A DNA stretch of 63,639 bases, the filler included, from a bacterium (lineage in GTDB: Bacteria > JBBIVP01), in NCBI GenBank assembly GCA_037439705.1. It is 4 parts of 4 records of this genome, joined end to end, with 100 filler letters (N's around TTAATTAATTAA, not from the genome) between each part and the next. Parts side by side here need not be neighbours in the genome. Positions count along the whole stretch, not along the records: positions 16,666 to 32,367 come from JBBIVP010000025.1; 3 more parts are not named here. One strand, 5' to 3'. How positions within the stretch are numbered: position 1 is the first letter of the stretch; the number at the start of each line of letters is the position of its first letter. A program made the translations under genes and the position numbers. Of this stretch, positions 19,069-28,658 are shown one piece after another. Under the pieces are notes generated by a model. It was not told where the DNA came from. It searched no databases and saw nothing but the letters and a program-made list of their open reading frames with translations.

Positions 19069-19647
19069 AGGAATTTTTCGCTTTTCAGCCTCCCGTATTC
19101 ATCTATATCAAAAAAGAGAACGCTTTTCTGTTACGGGACTATCAATGAGGTTGCAGGGCTGGACAGGTCAACACTTATAAACTACATAGAATTTCTCAAA
19201 GCAAGTTATCTGGTGGTGGAAATACTGAAATTCGCAAAAATTAAGGAACAGATGAAGGCAAAGAAGAAGTACCTCTTTTTTGACCAGGGAATAAGGAATG
19301 CGCTTCTTAAGGATTACTCACTCAGGGAAGAGAATGTGGGATTTGTAGTTGAAAATGTGATAGGTATAGCACCCTATCAGGTTGCAAAGAGGGGAGGAGG
19401 AAATCTTTTTTATTACAAAACAAACAGCGAGGTGGATTTTCTTCTTAAGGGAAAAGAAATCATTCCGTTTGAAATAAAATATAGGGCTCAGATAACAAAG
19501 AAAGAAACAGGGCATCTTTCAGACCTTTTGGGTAAAATGGGATTGACTAAAGGGATTGTTATAACAAAGGACATTTTAAAGAATGAAAGGATTAATGGTT
19601 CAGAAATTTTCTTTATTTCTGCCTGGGCATTCTTGCTTACGGTTTGA
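19069..19647 (+). pseudogene. C-terminal remnant of an AAA_14/DUF4143 (COG1373) ATPase
   Basis: Frame reads GLDRSTLINYIEFLKASYL...KKYLFFDQG...VENV...YYKT..EVDFL...PFEIK. The N-terminal ATPase is absent and in-frame stops lie just upstream. Confidence 0.75.
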
Positions 19648-19711
19648 TTTTGTAGGAACACAGATGCTATTCACACCCAATCTGTCCCCCCATTTTTTAG
19701 TGGCTCTGCTT

Positions 19712-20377
19712 TCAAATCTCCCTTGTAATAGGTGTCGTTTTACAAAAAACGCATATTGACCTTAAATCGCATTTATTGCAGAGGGGATTTCGTGCTTTGC
19801 ATATCTCTCTTCCAAATTCAATCATCTGAAGATGAACCTGAAGTTCGTCCTTTTTAAAAATTGAGCCAAGTATCTCATGAGCCTTCTCCCTTGTTGCCCT
19901 TTCTGGAATAAGTCCGAGCCTCTTTGAAATTCTGTATATGTGGGTATCAACTGGAAATGCAGATTTTCCACATCCAAAAGCCCATACCACATTTACTGTT
20001 TTTAATCCTATTCCTTTTATGGAAAGGAAAAATTTTTCAAACTCTTCCTTATCCATCCCGCACACGCACTCATCAATTTCAAAACTTCTCCATCTTTCAT
20101 AAATTTTTTTTAGTAGCCTTTTGATAGTTTTTGATTTTTGTTTTGACAACCCTGCGGGTTTTATTGCAGAAGATATTTTTGACAATGGTGTTGAAAGAAC
20201 ATCTTTCCACCTTTTGAACCTTTCTTTCAAATTTTTGTATGCCATGTCCCGGTTTCTGTCGTTTGTGTTCTGTGAAAGAATGGTTTTTACAAAAATATCA
20301 ACAACCTTCTGTCTTTCTGGAATTCTTACCGGGAAATTTTTGTTAAGAAATTTTTTTAGAATTTCTTCCCTTTTCAA
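19712..20377 (-). CDS. nth: Endonuclease III family (HhH-GPD, 4Fe-4S) DNA glycosylase
   Basis: ILSQNTND, HhH KGIGLKT, FPVDTHIYR, C-x6-C-x2-C-x5-C. Confidence 0.9.
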   Translation of the reverse strand: MKREEILKKFLNKNFPVRIPERQKVVDIFVKTILSQNTNDRNRDMAYKNLKERFKRWKDVLSTPLSKISSAIKPAGLSKQKSKTIKRLLKKIYERWRSFEIDECVCGMDKEEFEKFFLSIKGIGLKTVNVVWAFGCGKSAFPVDTHIYRISKRLGLIPERATREKAHEILGSIFKKDELQVHLQMIEFGREICKARNPLCNKCDLRSICVFCKTTPITREI

Positions 20378-21273
20378 TCAACGAGATAATCTCTCGGGTT
20401 TACTGGGGCCCCATTTATAATTATTTCGTAATGGAGGTGGGGTCCGGTAGTTATTCCGGTATCTCCAACAGTCCCTATCGCTTCCCATCTTTTTATCCTA
20501 TCTCCAGCATTTACATATATTTCAGACAGATGGGCATATCTTGTAACTATCCCGTATCCATGGTCAATGAGTACCGTTTTTCCGTATGTCCCTTCCCATC
20601 CCGCAAATGTAATAATTCCATCAGCAGGTGCTATTACAGGAGTGCCAGTTCTTGTAGCAATATCTATTCCCTGATGAAACCTGTGTGTCTCAAGAGTGGG
20701 TGTCCATCTGAATCCAAATTCTGAGGTTACCCATCCTCTGACCGGCCAGAGTATAGGGAGACTTCTCATATAATTGCTTTTCTCTTCAAGGATAGGAAGA
20801 ATTTGTTCATAATCTTTTTTTGTATTTATCAGTTCATTTTTTAACATTGATAGTTCCCTTTCAAGTTTTGAAGCGAGGAGAACTTTTTCTTCTGCTGACT
20901 CTGTCTCTTCCCCTGTTCCTCCTGTTCCCAATAAGGCTGTATTATTCCCTCCTTCAATATCTGCGATTATTCTTAATTTTTTCTCTAAGAGTTTGAGTTC
21001 CGAGATATACATATAAATCTCATCAATCTGTGCCAGTGAATTTTTGATTACATTTTGATACCGGAATTTTTCGCTTTTCAATGTTCCGTACCCCTTTATT
21101 TTTGGTAAACCCCATATAAAAATTATTATACAGGACAAAAATAATACTCCTCCTGAAATAAATGTCCATTTCAAAAATTTTGCCATTTTTTCAGAAATTC
21201 TAATTTTTTTAATTTTTCCTCCCCCTTCACTGAAAAACCAGATAGCATAGTATTTTTCTTTATTTTTCTTCAC
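20374..21273 (-). CDS. M23 family metallopeptidase with N-terminal TM and coiled coil
   Basis: WPVRG, HQGID, YAHLS, TGPHLHYE. Confidence 0.93.
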   Translation of the reverse strand: MKKNKEKYYAIWFFSEGGGKIKKIRISEKMAKFLKWTFISGGVLFLSCIIIFIWGLPKIKGYGTLKSEKFRYQNVIKNSLAQIDEIYMYISELKLLEKKLRIIADIEGGNNTALLGTGGTGEETESAEEKVLLASKLERELSMLKNELINTKKDYEQILPILEEKSNYMRSLPILWPVRGWVTSEFGFRWTPTLETHRFHQGIDIATRTGTPVIAPADGIITFAGWEGTYGKTVLIDHGYGIVTRYAHLSEIYVNAGDRIKRWEAIGTVGDTGITTGPHLHYEIIINGAPVNPRDYLVD

Positions 21274-21299
21274 CTCATTAAAAAATTTAGCATAATTTT

Positions 21300-22682
21300 T
21301 TAATTTCTGTCAAGTATTTTTCCCCTTTTTTCAAGCCCTCCATTTCTGGTTTCCTCAGCTATAACTTTTCTTAAAGATATGAGCCCTATGAGGTTCGGGA
21401 AAGCCATAAATCCGTTCATAATGTCTGCCAGTATCCATATTGTTTCAAGCCTTGATATGGAGCCGAAAAACGCCATTATTGTCCACAAAATTCTGTATGG
21501 CTTTCTCGCTTTTTCTCCGAGCAGGTATTCAATGCTTTTCTCTCCGTAATAGCACCAACCGAGAATAGTGGAAAATGCGAAGAGGATGAGGCTTATAGAG
21601 ACTATTTTGTTTCCGAAGCTTTTGAAAATCGTCTCCATGCCTTCAATTGTGAGATTTACTCCGGTCTGGTCCGAACACCAAGCACCTGTGGAAATGATGA
21701 CAAGTCCTGTTATACTGCAAACAACAATTGTGTCTATAAAGGTTTGTGTCATTGAAACAATTGCCTGCCTGAACGGATTTTTGGTGATTGCTGCTGCAGC
21801 GGCTATTGGGGAGCTTCCAAGCCCAGATTCGTTGGAAAAAAGCCCTCTTGCCACGCCATATCTTATTGTTGTCATAATTCCCGCTCCAACGAAACCACCG
21901 CACGCACCAGCTGGAGTGAATGCGTTTTTCAGGATGAGGAAAAAGGCTTGCTGGAGATTTTTCACATTTGAAAAAATTACTGTTAAACCAGCAAGAACAT
22001 AAACAATTATCATAAACGGAGCAAGGAATGAAGCAGTTTTTGCAATGCTTTTTATTCCGCCTATTATTACGAGACCTGTAAGGAATGCCAGAATAGTTCC
22101 TGTGATTTTTGTATCCAGTTTCCATGTTGAATTTATCGCTTCCGCAATGGAATTTGCCTGAACCATGTTTCCTATTCCAAATGCTGCTACGGATGCAAAA
22201 AGGGCAAATAGAACACCAAGAAGTTTTATTTTTGTCCCTTCCGGAATATAATACATCGGTCCACCACACATCTCACCATATTTGTTTGTGGTTCTATATT
22301 TTACAGCGAGAAGGGCTTCAGCATATTTTGTAACCATACCCACAAGCCCTGTCATCCATATCCAGAACATAGCCCCGGGTCCACCGATGCTTATTGCAGT
22401 TGCCACTCCCACTATATTTCCTGTTCCCACAGTGGCAGAAAGGGCAGTCATCAGAGCCTGAAAGTGGGATATGTCACCTTCTGCCTTCTCTTTCTCCTTT
22501 CTTTCAATCAACGCCAGTTTTAATGAGGGGATGAGAATTCTGAACTGAAGAAATCTGAGTTTTATTGTGAGATAAAGCCCTGTTCCAAGAAGAAGCAAAA
22601 TAAGTGGAATTCCCCATACAATTTTGTCTATTAATTCAAGGTAGTTCACCTGTCTTTCGCCACTGTGAAATTTATATCTCAT
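21300..22682 (-). CDS. Sodium:alanine/glycine symporter (AGCS family)
   Basis: TVGTGNIVGVA, GGPGAMFWIW, GGPMYY, RGLFSNESGLGS, FIDTIVVC. Confidence 0.95.
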   Translation of the reverse strand: MRYKFHSGERQVNYLELIDKIVWGIPLILLLLGTGLYLTIKLRFLQFRILIPSLKLALIERKEKEKAEGDISHFQALMTALSATVGTGNIVGVATAISIGGPGAMFWIWMTGLVGMVTKYAEALLAVKYRTTNKYGEMCGGPMYYIPEGTKIKLLGVLFALFASVAAFGIGNMVQANSIAEAINSTWKLDTKITGTILAFLTGLVIIGGIKSIAKTASFLAPFMIIVYVLAGLTVIFSNVKNLQQAFFLILKNAFTPAGACGGFVGAGIMTTIRYGVARGLFSNESGLGSSPIAAAAAITKNPFRQAIVSMTQTFIDTIVVCSITGLVIISTGAWCSDQTGVNLTIEGMETIFKSFGNKIVSISLILFAFSTILGWCYYGEKSIEYLLGEKARKPYRILWTIMAFFGSISRLETIWILADIMNGFMAFPNLIGLISLRKVIAEETRNGGLEKRGKILDRN

Positions 22683-22836
22683 AAGTTCTTATATTTTCAA
22701 GCATTTTTGATTAAGTCACCTAAAAGAGCCTTCTGAAAAAGTGAGGCTAATTTTGTTTTTTAGCAATACATGAAAAAATTAAAAATTTCTTTACATTTCC
22801 TTAAAAAGGCTTATTCTTTGAACAGGAGAATTAAAG

Positions 22837-23898
22837 ATGTGGTGGTGTGTCATGAAGGCAAAAAGTGTTAGTTGGTGGACGGTGGTAATTTTCGCGGTAG
22901 GTCTTATAAGTCTTTCTTTTTCTGTTTATGGAGAAGGGAAATTTTCAGGCTACATGTTTGGAGATTTCTACTACAATCTCACCAACAACAACCCCGAGCT
23001 GGAAGGTGAAAATGGATTTTGGTTCAGGAGAATTTATTTCACCTACGATTATAAAATATCAGATAGCTGGACTACTCGTCTAAGATTGGAAATGAACAGC
23101 CCCGGAGATTTCAAATCATCCGATTTCTTAAAACCATACATAAAAGATGCATATCTGGCATACAAAATAGGAAACCATACTATAACCAATACAATAATCC
23201 TCGGAATTTCTCCTACTCCTACATGGGAATATTATATTGTAGACTTCTGGGGGTACAGAGCAGTTGAGAAAACCCCCCTTGATCTTTACAAAATGGGTGA
23301 GAGCAGAGACTTTGGAATTGCTTTTAAGGGTTCTATTGGAAAAGATGGGTTTTTTGGATACCATGTTATGGCTGGTAACGGAGAGGGGATAAAATCTGAA
23401 TTCAACAAGGAAAAAAAATATATGGGGGCGTTTCTGTTCATCCTACAGCTAAACTTTTCGTTGGAACTGTATGCTGATTACGGTTTGAAAGCAAACAAAT
23501 ATAATACTTATTTCGCCTATTACACTTATCAGGCATTTCTTGGATGGAAGCACAAAAAAGGTCGACTCGGAGTTCAATATTCCCACCGATTTGAAGAGCA
23601 GGAAGTTGAAAAAGGAAATTTTAAATTTGATGTTTATTCAATTTTTGGAATCATCAATGTCTCGGAAAAACTATCCCTCCTCGCAAGATATGACAGAATG
23701 AATGACCCGCTGCCATGGGGTTCAACAGTAAGTTATGTCCCCTTCAACGAAACCTCACCCTTCAATCTTATCCTCTTCGGCGTTGATTTTCATCCTCTAA
23801 ATAATGTAAGTGTCATCCCGAACCTCATGTATGTGGTCTACGACGATGTGGATGAAAAGGATACTCAGTTAAAGCTCACATTTTTTTATTCATTCTAA
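22837..23898 (+). CDS. Outer-membrane beta-barrel, porin-like protein
   Basis: Signal peptide, FRRIY and IKDAYL motifs as in phosphate-selective-porin-like proteins, amphipathic strands, terminal Phe (FFYSF). Confidence 0.75.
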   Translation: MWWCVMKAKSVSWWTVVIFAVGLISLSFSVYGEGKFSGYMFGDFYYNLTNNNPELEGENGFWFRRIYFTYDYKISDSWTTRLRLEMNSPGDFKSSDFLKPYIKDAYLAYKIGNHTITNTIILGISPTPTWEYYIVDFWGYRAVEKTPLDLYKMGESRDFGIAFKGSIGKDGFFGYHVMAGNGEGIKSEFNKEKKYMGAFLFILQLNFSLELYADYGLKANKYNTYFAYYTYQAFLGWKHKKGRLGVQYSHRFEEQEVEKGNFKFDVYSIFGIINVSEKLSLLARYDRMNDPLPWGSTVSYVPFNETSPFNLILFGVDFHPLNNVSVIPNLMYVVYDDVDEKDTQLKLTFFYSF

Positions 23899-24167
23899 AG
23901 GAGAAAAAATGCTAAGAAAAGGGGGCGCATTAGATGGAGTTTTTGACTTTTTTGAAAAACCTCTTTTTTCCCCAAATACTCATAAAATCAGGTCTTTTCT
24001 TTCTCCGTTTTCTGAAATATAAATTTTTTGGTGGTGCCAAACGAGATTTAACTCTTTGTAATCAAACGGAACATTCAAANNNNNNNNNNNNNNNNNNNNN
24101 NNNNNNNNNNNNNNNNNNNNNNNNNNNNNNNNNNNNNNCTTAAACGCTCAAAATTTGCCTGATACTC

Positions 24168-25133
24168 TTAAAAATCTACAAGTCTTATCTCTTCGCCTGC
24201 TCCAATTTCCCTTGCCATTTCGTAGATGAAGCTTGCTACCGCTATGTCCTGAATTGCAAGACCTGTTGAGTCAAAAAGGGTTATTTCGTCCATACTTCTT
24301 CTTCCGAGTTTTTTGCCCCTTACTATTTCTCCAAGGGTACCATATATGTTCTTTTCCGAAATAATTCCTTTCTTTATGGGAATGTTGATTTCGCCTGAAT
24401 GAATTGCCTGTTCCATATTGTCAACCACAATTCTTGCATTTTTTAATATAATGGGGTCAATCTCCTGTTTCCCCGGTGCATCCGCACCAATTGCATTTAT
24501 GTGAACCCCGTTTTTTATATGCCTCATCATGAGCACAGGAGAGATGGAAGGTGTGGTAGTTGAAATGATGTCGCATTCTTTCATTATTGAAGGGTCATCT
24601 GCTATGAAAACCTCAATCTCCTTTTTCTGAGAACTTATTTTTTCCTTCAATGCGTTAGCCTTTTCTTTATTGATGTCGTATAGAATCACCCTTTCTATAT
24701 TTCTTACAAGGTTTATTGCAAGAAATTGCGTCCATGCCTGCCTTCCACATCCTATGAGTCCAAGAACCCTTGAATCGGAACGGGAGAGGAGGTCTGTTGC
24801 AATACCCGCTCCGGCTCCTGTTCTGAAATCTGTAATCGCTGTTGCATCCATTATTGCGAGCGGAAACCCTGTTCTTGCATCGTTCAGGATGAAGACAGCC
24901 ATTACAGTGGGAAGGTTTCTATTTTCAGGATGAACATTTACCCATTTTATTCCAGCAAATCTTCCATAAGCTACAGGCATTGCACGAAAATCTCCATTTT
25001 TCAATAACAAATACTTTTTTGGAGGCATATTAACTCTGGGTTCGTTCAAAAAAGCCTCCTTCACACACCTTAAAACACCCTCCATTTTCAAAAGTCTCTT
25101 TATTCTTTTTCCAGGAAGAAGGAGGGTTCTCAT
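24168..25133 (-). CDS. Ornithine cyclodeaminase/mu-crystallin family protein, likely archaeal-type alanine dehydrogenase
   Basis: PPK, DFRAMP, IKWVNVHP, TDFRTGA, GCGRQA, INAIGAD, FDSTGLAIQD. Confidence 0.88.
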   Translation of the reverse strand: MRTLLLPGKRIKRLLKMEGVLRCVKEAFLNEPRVNMPPKKYLLLKNGDFRAMPVAYGRFAGIKWVNVHPENRNLPTVMAVFILNDARTGFPLAIMDATAITDFRTGAGAGIATDLLSRSDSRVLGLIGCGRQAWTQFLAINLVRNIERVILYDINKEKANALKEKISSQKKEIEVFIADDPSIMKECDIISTTTPSISPVLMMRHIKNGVHINAIGADAPGKQEIDPIILKNARIVVDNMEQAIHSGEINIPIKKGIISEKNIYGTLGEIVRGKKLGRRSMDEITLFDSTGLAIQDIAVASFIYEMAREIGAGEEIRLVDF

Positions 25134-25696
25134 CAGCCCTTTACCCTTTCAACATACTCACTCGATGGAACCCTTACTCTTACAAGGTCCCCATTTTTTA
25201 TAAATGGTGGAACCATGGTTTCAATATCATTTTCAAGAACCGCTGTTTTCCAGACATTGTCCGTCTCACCCTTTACGGGTGCTGCAGTTGAGATGACCTT
25301 GAGAATAACAGTATCTGGAAACTGGATAGTGATAGGGTTTCCGTCTATAAATAGAAGTGGTATCTTCATATTTGGAGTTAGAAATTTTTGCCCTTCTCCA
25401 ACTGAGGAAGAGGGAATTTCGTACTGTTCGTATGTATTCACATCCATAAAATAGAAGGTGTCGCCATCGTTGTAAAGGTATTCTGTATCCCTTCTTTCAA
25501 GGTAAATGTCCTCCACATCCTCATCCGGTTTGAATCTTTTCTCAACTACATTTCCCTTGAGGAGGTTCTGGCACTTCACAAAAACTGCTCCTGCCATTTG
25601 CCCAACTGTTGAATGCCTCGTTACATTTACAACCCTTAAGTAATTTTCACCCTCCTTAAAGACATCCCCTATTTTCAGGTCTGATGCCTTTTTCAT
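25133..25696 (-). CDS. efp: Elongation factor P family protein with non-canonical tip loop
   Basis: 187 aa; ASDLKIG, YLYNDG, FMD..TYEQ, KGET, VPPFI..G..VRV, YVER. PGKG replaced by TVGQMAG. Confidence 0.9.
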   Translation of the reverse strand: MKKASDLKIGDVFKEGENYLRVVNVTRHSTVGQMAGAVFVKCQNLLKGNVVEKRFKPDEDVEDIYLERRDTEYLYNDGDTFYFMDVNTYEQYEIPSSSVGEGQKFLTPNMKIPLLFIDGNPITIQFPDTVILKVISTAAPVKGETDNVWKTAVLENDIETMVPPFIKNGDLVRVRVPSSEYVERVKG

Positions 25697-25791
25697 ATTT
25701 TTTATTATAAAAATTTTTTTTCTTTTTTCAAGGCTTGATTTTGAAGAATTTCAGATTTATAATTTTAATAATGAAATCAAAGGAGGGAAAG

Positions 25792-27594
25792 ATGAAGAAG
25801 TTATTTTTATTAAGTTCTACCCTTTTTCTTTTTCTGTCCTGCCCTACAAGTCCTGTTGAGCAGAAGATAAAGGAAAAGATGGATAGCGCTGAGATTTATC
25901 TTAAGGAAGGAAAATATGATGATGCGAAAACAACTTACGAAGAAGTTTTAAGACTTAACGCTTCATATACTCCTGCAAAATTCGGCGTTATAATCTCTGA
26001 CATATTTGATGCCATAGTTGAAATTCAGGAAAACATTCAAATCCTTCTTCCTATTCTTCAAATGATTCAACAAGCTCAACAGCCACAGGCACTCACGGGT
26101 ATCAATTATATAATAAGGAACTTCCTTGAGTCAATTTTGATTGAGAGGATGAGGAATCACCTCCTCTGTGATGAGCTGGGAGATAACTATCGTATATGTT
26201 TTGATGAGATAGAGAAGGACACTACCTTTGTGTTCAAAGCTGAGTCCTTGCCTCTTGTAGTTGACATAGGTTTTGGTCCAATTCTTTCCCTTGATTTTGG
26301 TGGCGTTTACAACCTTGGAGAGGCATACTTCCTTGAATTCATCTTTTCAGCTGTTGTTGGGGTTGCAGAGATACTCTACACAATTGATTTCAACATAGAT
26401 GTTTTCGCGACATTCAGTTTTATATTCAATTCCGGAATAATGGATATGCTTAATACAAATCCCCTTCCAGCAGTTTTAAAGATACTCGGAACTACCCTCA
26501 ATGCCAATCCCAACCTTCTTGGTTTTAACGGAAATACTGGAGACCTCTTGAGCTCGCAGACACATCTTAAGAACGCCTTTCAGAGCCTTCTTGAATCAAT
26601 AAACGATGTGAAGAGCAGACCATTTGAAACGGATACCATCTTCAGCATCGGCAAAGACCCGAACACAATCCTTTTCAGGTTTTATAACAGATTGAGAAAG
26701 GATGTGAAATCCGCTTGCACTGAAGAGGAAAAGGCAGAGAAAAATATATGTGTGAAAATGAAGGTTTCAGAGAATATAGAAATTGCAGTTAAGAATGTTT
26801 TAAAATCCCTTGAGATGTCTGACTCCTTTATAAGCTGGGCTAATGATATTGCTCCTTTGATTGCCATAGTTTTTCAGGTACTCATTGATTCTGCCATTGT
26901 TTTAGACCTTATTGATTTTATAACAGCCCTCCTTCAACCAGACCCTGAAACTCAGGAATTGATTGATACAATCAAATCATTTATTTCACCAGGAACAGTC
27001 AGCGCAGACCTCATTTACGGAGTTCTGACAAGCATCCTTGGAGATGTCATTCAGATTTCTCCAGCCAAGCTTTATGAGGAGGCCAAGAACAACAATTTTT
27101 CGTTGAGAAGAATTCTTCCTTTATGGACAGCATATCACGATTATACTCAGGAATATCCAAAAACGGTGGAGGAGGCTGATACACTATGGCTTGAATGGGA
27201 GTGCGGAACATCCACCGTTCCACCCTATGATTACAACAAACCAGCAACAAATGTTCTTGACCCGAATTTGCTCTTCCTTATTTGCTCAACCGATGCAGTT
27301 GACACTCCTCATTTTTTTGATACAACTGTAAAGGTTCCAAAAGAAGTTACTGTAAAAAGCCTGCTACAGGATGGGATTCCAAGTTCCATCCCATATTTCT
27401 ACCTCATTGACCCTACATTTGCAGGTGCTGTGAAGATAAACTTCTATCCCCTTACAGAGCCACTTCCTCAATGCGGTTATACCGATGCAAAAACATGGCA
27501 TATTCCCCACGACAACTGTGAGGTAAATGGGCTCATCCATAAAATACTTGCTCCGATAATAGACGTTATAAAAGGAGGAGGTCTTCCATTCTGA
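25792..27594 (+). CDS. Large hypothetical lipoprotein with N-terminal TPR
   Basis: SD AGGAGG before ATG 25792, lipobox FLFLSC, TPR-like AEIYLKEGKYDDAKTTYEEVLRL. Confidence 0.75.
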   Translation: MKKLFLLSSTLFLFLSCPTSPVEQKIKEKMDSAEIYLKEGKYDDAKTTYEEVLRLNASYTPAKFGVIISDIFDAIVEIQENIQILLPILQMIQQAQQPQALTGINYIIRNFLESILIERMRNHLLCDELGDNYRICFDEIEKDTTFVFKAESLPLVVDIGFGPILSLDFGGVYNLGEAYFLEFIFSAVVGVAEILYTIDFNIDVFATFSFIFNSGIMDMLNTNPLPAVLKILGTTLNANPNLLGFNGNTGDLLSSQTHLKNAFQSLLESINDVKSRPFETDTIFSIGKDPNTILFRFYNRLRKDVKSACTEEEKAEKNICVKMKVSENIEIAVKNVLKSLEMSDSFISWANDIAPLIAIVFQVLIDSAIVLDLIDFITALLQPDPETQELIDTIKSFISPGTVSADLIYGVLTSILGDVIQISPAKLYEEAKNNNFSLRRILPLWTAYHDYTQEYPKTVEEADTLWLEWECGTSTVPPYDYNKPATNVLDPNLLFLICSTDAVDTPHFFDTTVKVPKEVTVKSLLQDGIPSSIPYFYLIDPTFAGAVKINFYPLTEPLPQCGYTDAKTWHIPHDNCEVNGLIHKILAPIIDVIKGGGLPF

Positions 27595-27620
27595 GATTAA
27601 GGACGCTCATTTCTTCGTTT

Positions 27621-28001
27621 ATGTGCGGAATTGTTATCACTATAATAAATACAGGTTTTGAGTACCTTGGTGCTAAATGGGATATCTATTATGTTCACGG
27701 GAAAACCCTTATTATAAATACCCCTCTTTTCTTTTTTATTCTGTGGATATTCCTTACCTTTTTCTACCTTCTTGGATATGAACTGCTGGCAGAAAGAAAA
27801 TCTGAGAAATTCGTCTACATTCTCGGAGGCATAATTCTTGGATGGTTATTTGACTGGAATATGTGGAGGATAGGTGTTCTTTCACTTGGTAAAAATGGTA
27901 ATCCCTTAATTATTGCTTTTGTCTGGATAATTGCTGTCCCTCTTGCAGTTTTTATTTATTACCTTTTCAAAAATTTTTTGGGGAAGTTTATTCTTGATTG
28001 A
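27621..28001 (+). CDS. Hypothetical integral membrane protein
   Basis: About four hydrophobic segments with a FEYLG...W.Y pattern; follows the lipoprotein gene. Confidence 0.6.
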   Translation: MCGIVITIINTGFEYLGAKWDIYYVHGKTLIINTPLFFFILWIFLTFFYLLGYELLAERKSEKFVYILGGIILGWLFDWNMWRIGVLSLGKNGNPLIIAFVWIIAVPLAVFIYYLFKNFLGKFILD

Positions 28002-28658
28002 GTAAAGGGCAATTCCAACTGCTACACTCAGATTGAGGGAAACTTTTGTTTCTATTCTCAATGTGAACTCGCTGAGATGAAGAATTGATTTTTTAATTCC
28101 TTTTCCTTCTGAACCCGCGATAAGAAGTATCTTATCCTGAGGTTGAAATTCTTCAAGTATTTTTTCCCCATTCTCGTCAAGGGCTAAAATTTGATAACCT
28201 CTTTCCTTCATCTTTTTAATAAATGAAGCGGGTTTCTTTGTAATTGCAATTTTCATCCATTCTGCGATTCCTGCAGAGGTTTTTAAAACCACGGGTGTGA
28301 CCTTCGTTGAACCTTTCTGTGGAATGAAAATTCCTTCTATGCCGAAAGCCCATGCACATCTTATAACAGCGCCAAAATTTCTCGGGTCTTCAATTCCGTC
28401 AAGAAATAGAAGAAACCTTCCATCAATTTCTTTTTCGGATGCGTATGGATAGGGCTCAGTTTTAGCGACTATCCCCTGGTGAACCGCTCCCCTTGCATAT
28501 CTTTCTACATCCCCTCTTTTTAATGGAATTCCTTTTTCAGAACAGATACTTTTTATTTCTTCAGGAATTTCTTCCCTTGAATAGATTATCTCTTCCACCT
28601 TTCTTCTTCCTGCTCTTAAAAGTTCAATAACAGGGTTTAAGCCGTAAACTATTTGCAA
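27906..28658 (-). CDS. rlmB: 23S rRNA 2'-O-methyltransferase (TrmH/SpoU family)
   Basis: YGLNPV, HQGIVA, LDGIEDPRNFGA, GSEGKG, SLNLSVA. Confidence 0.9.
   Translation of the reverse strand: MQIVYGLNPVIELLRAGRRKVEEIIYSREEIPEEIKSICSEKGIPLKRGDVERYARGAVHQGIVAKTEPYPYASEKEIDGRFLLFLDGIEDPRNFGAVIRCAWAFGIEGIFIPQKGSTKVTPVVLKTSAGIAEWMKIAITKKPASFIKKMKERGYQILALDENGEKILEEFQPQDKILLIAGSEGKGIKKSILHLSEFTLRIETKVSLNLSVAVGIALYSIKNKLPQKIFEKVINKNCKRDSNYPDKSNN

Noticed and set aside
22683-22836. Glycine riboswitch expected upstream of an AGCS symporter
   Set aside because: Could not find the conserved GGAGA...CCGAAG...CUCUCAGG elements on the minus strand; an Rfam scan would settle it.
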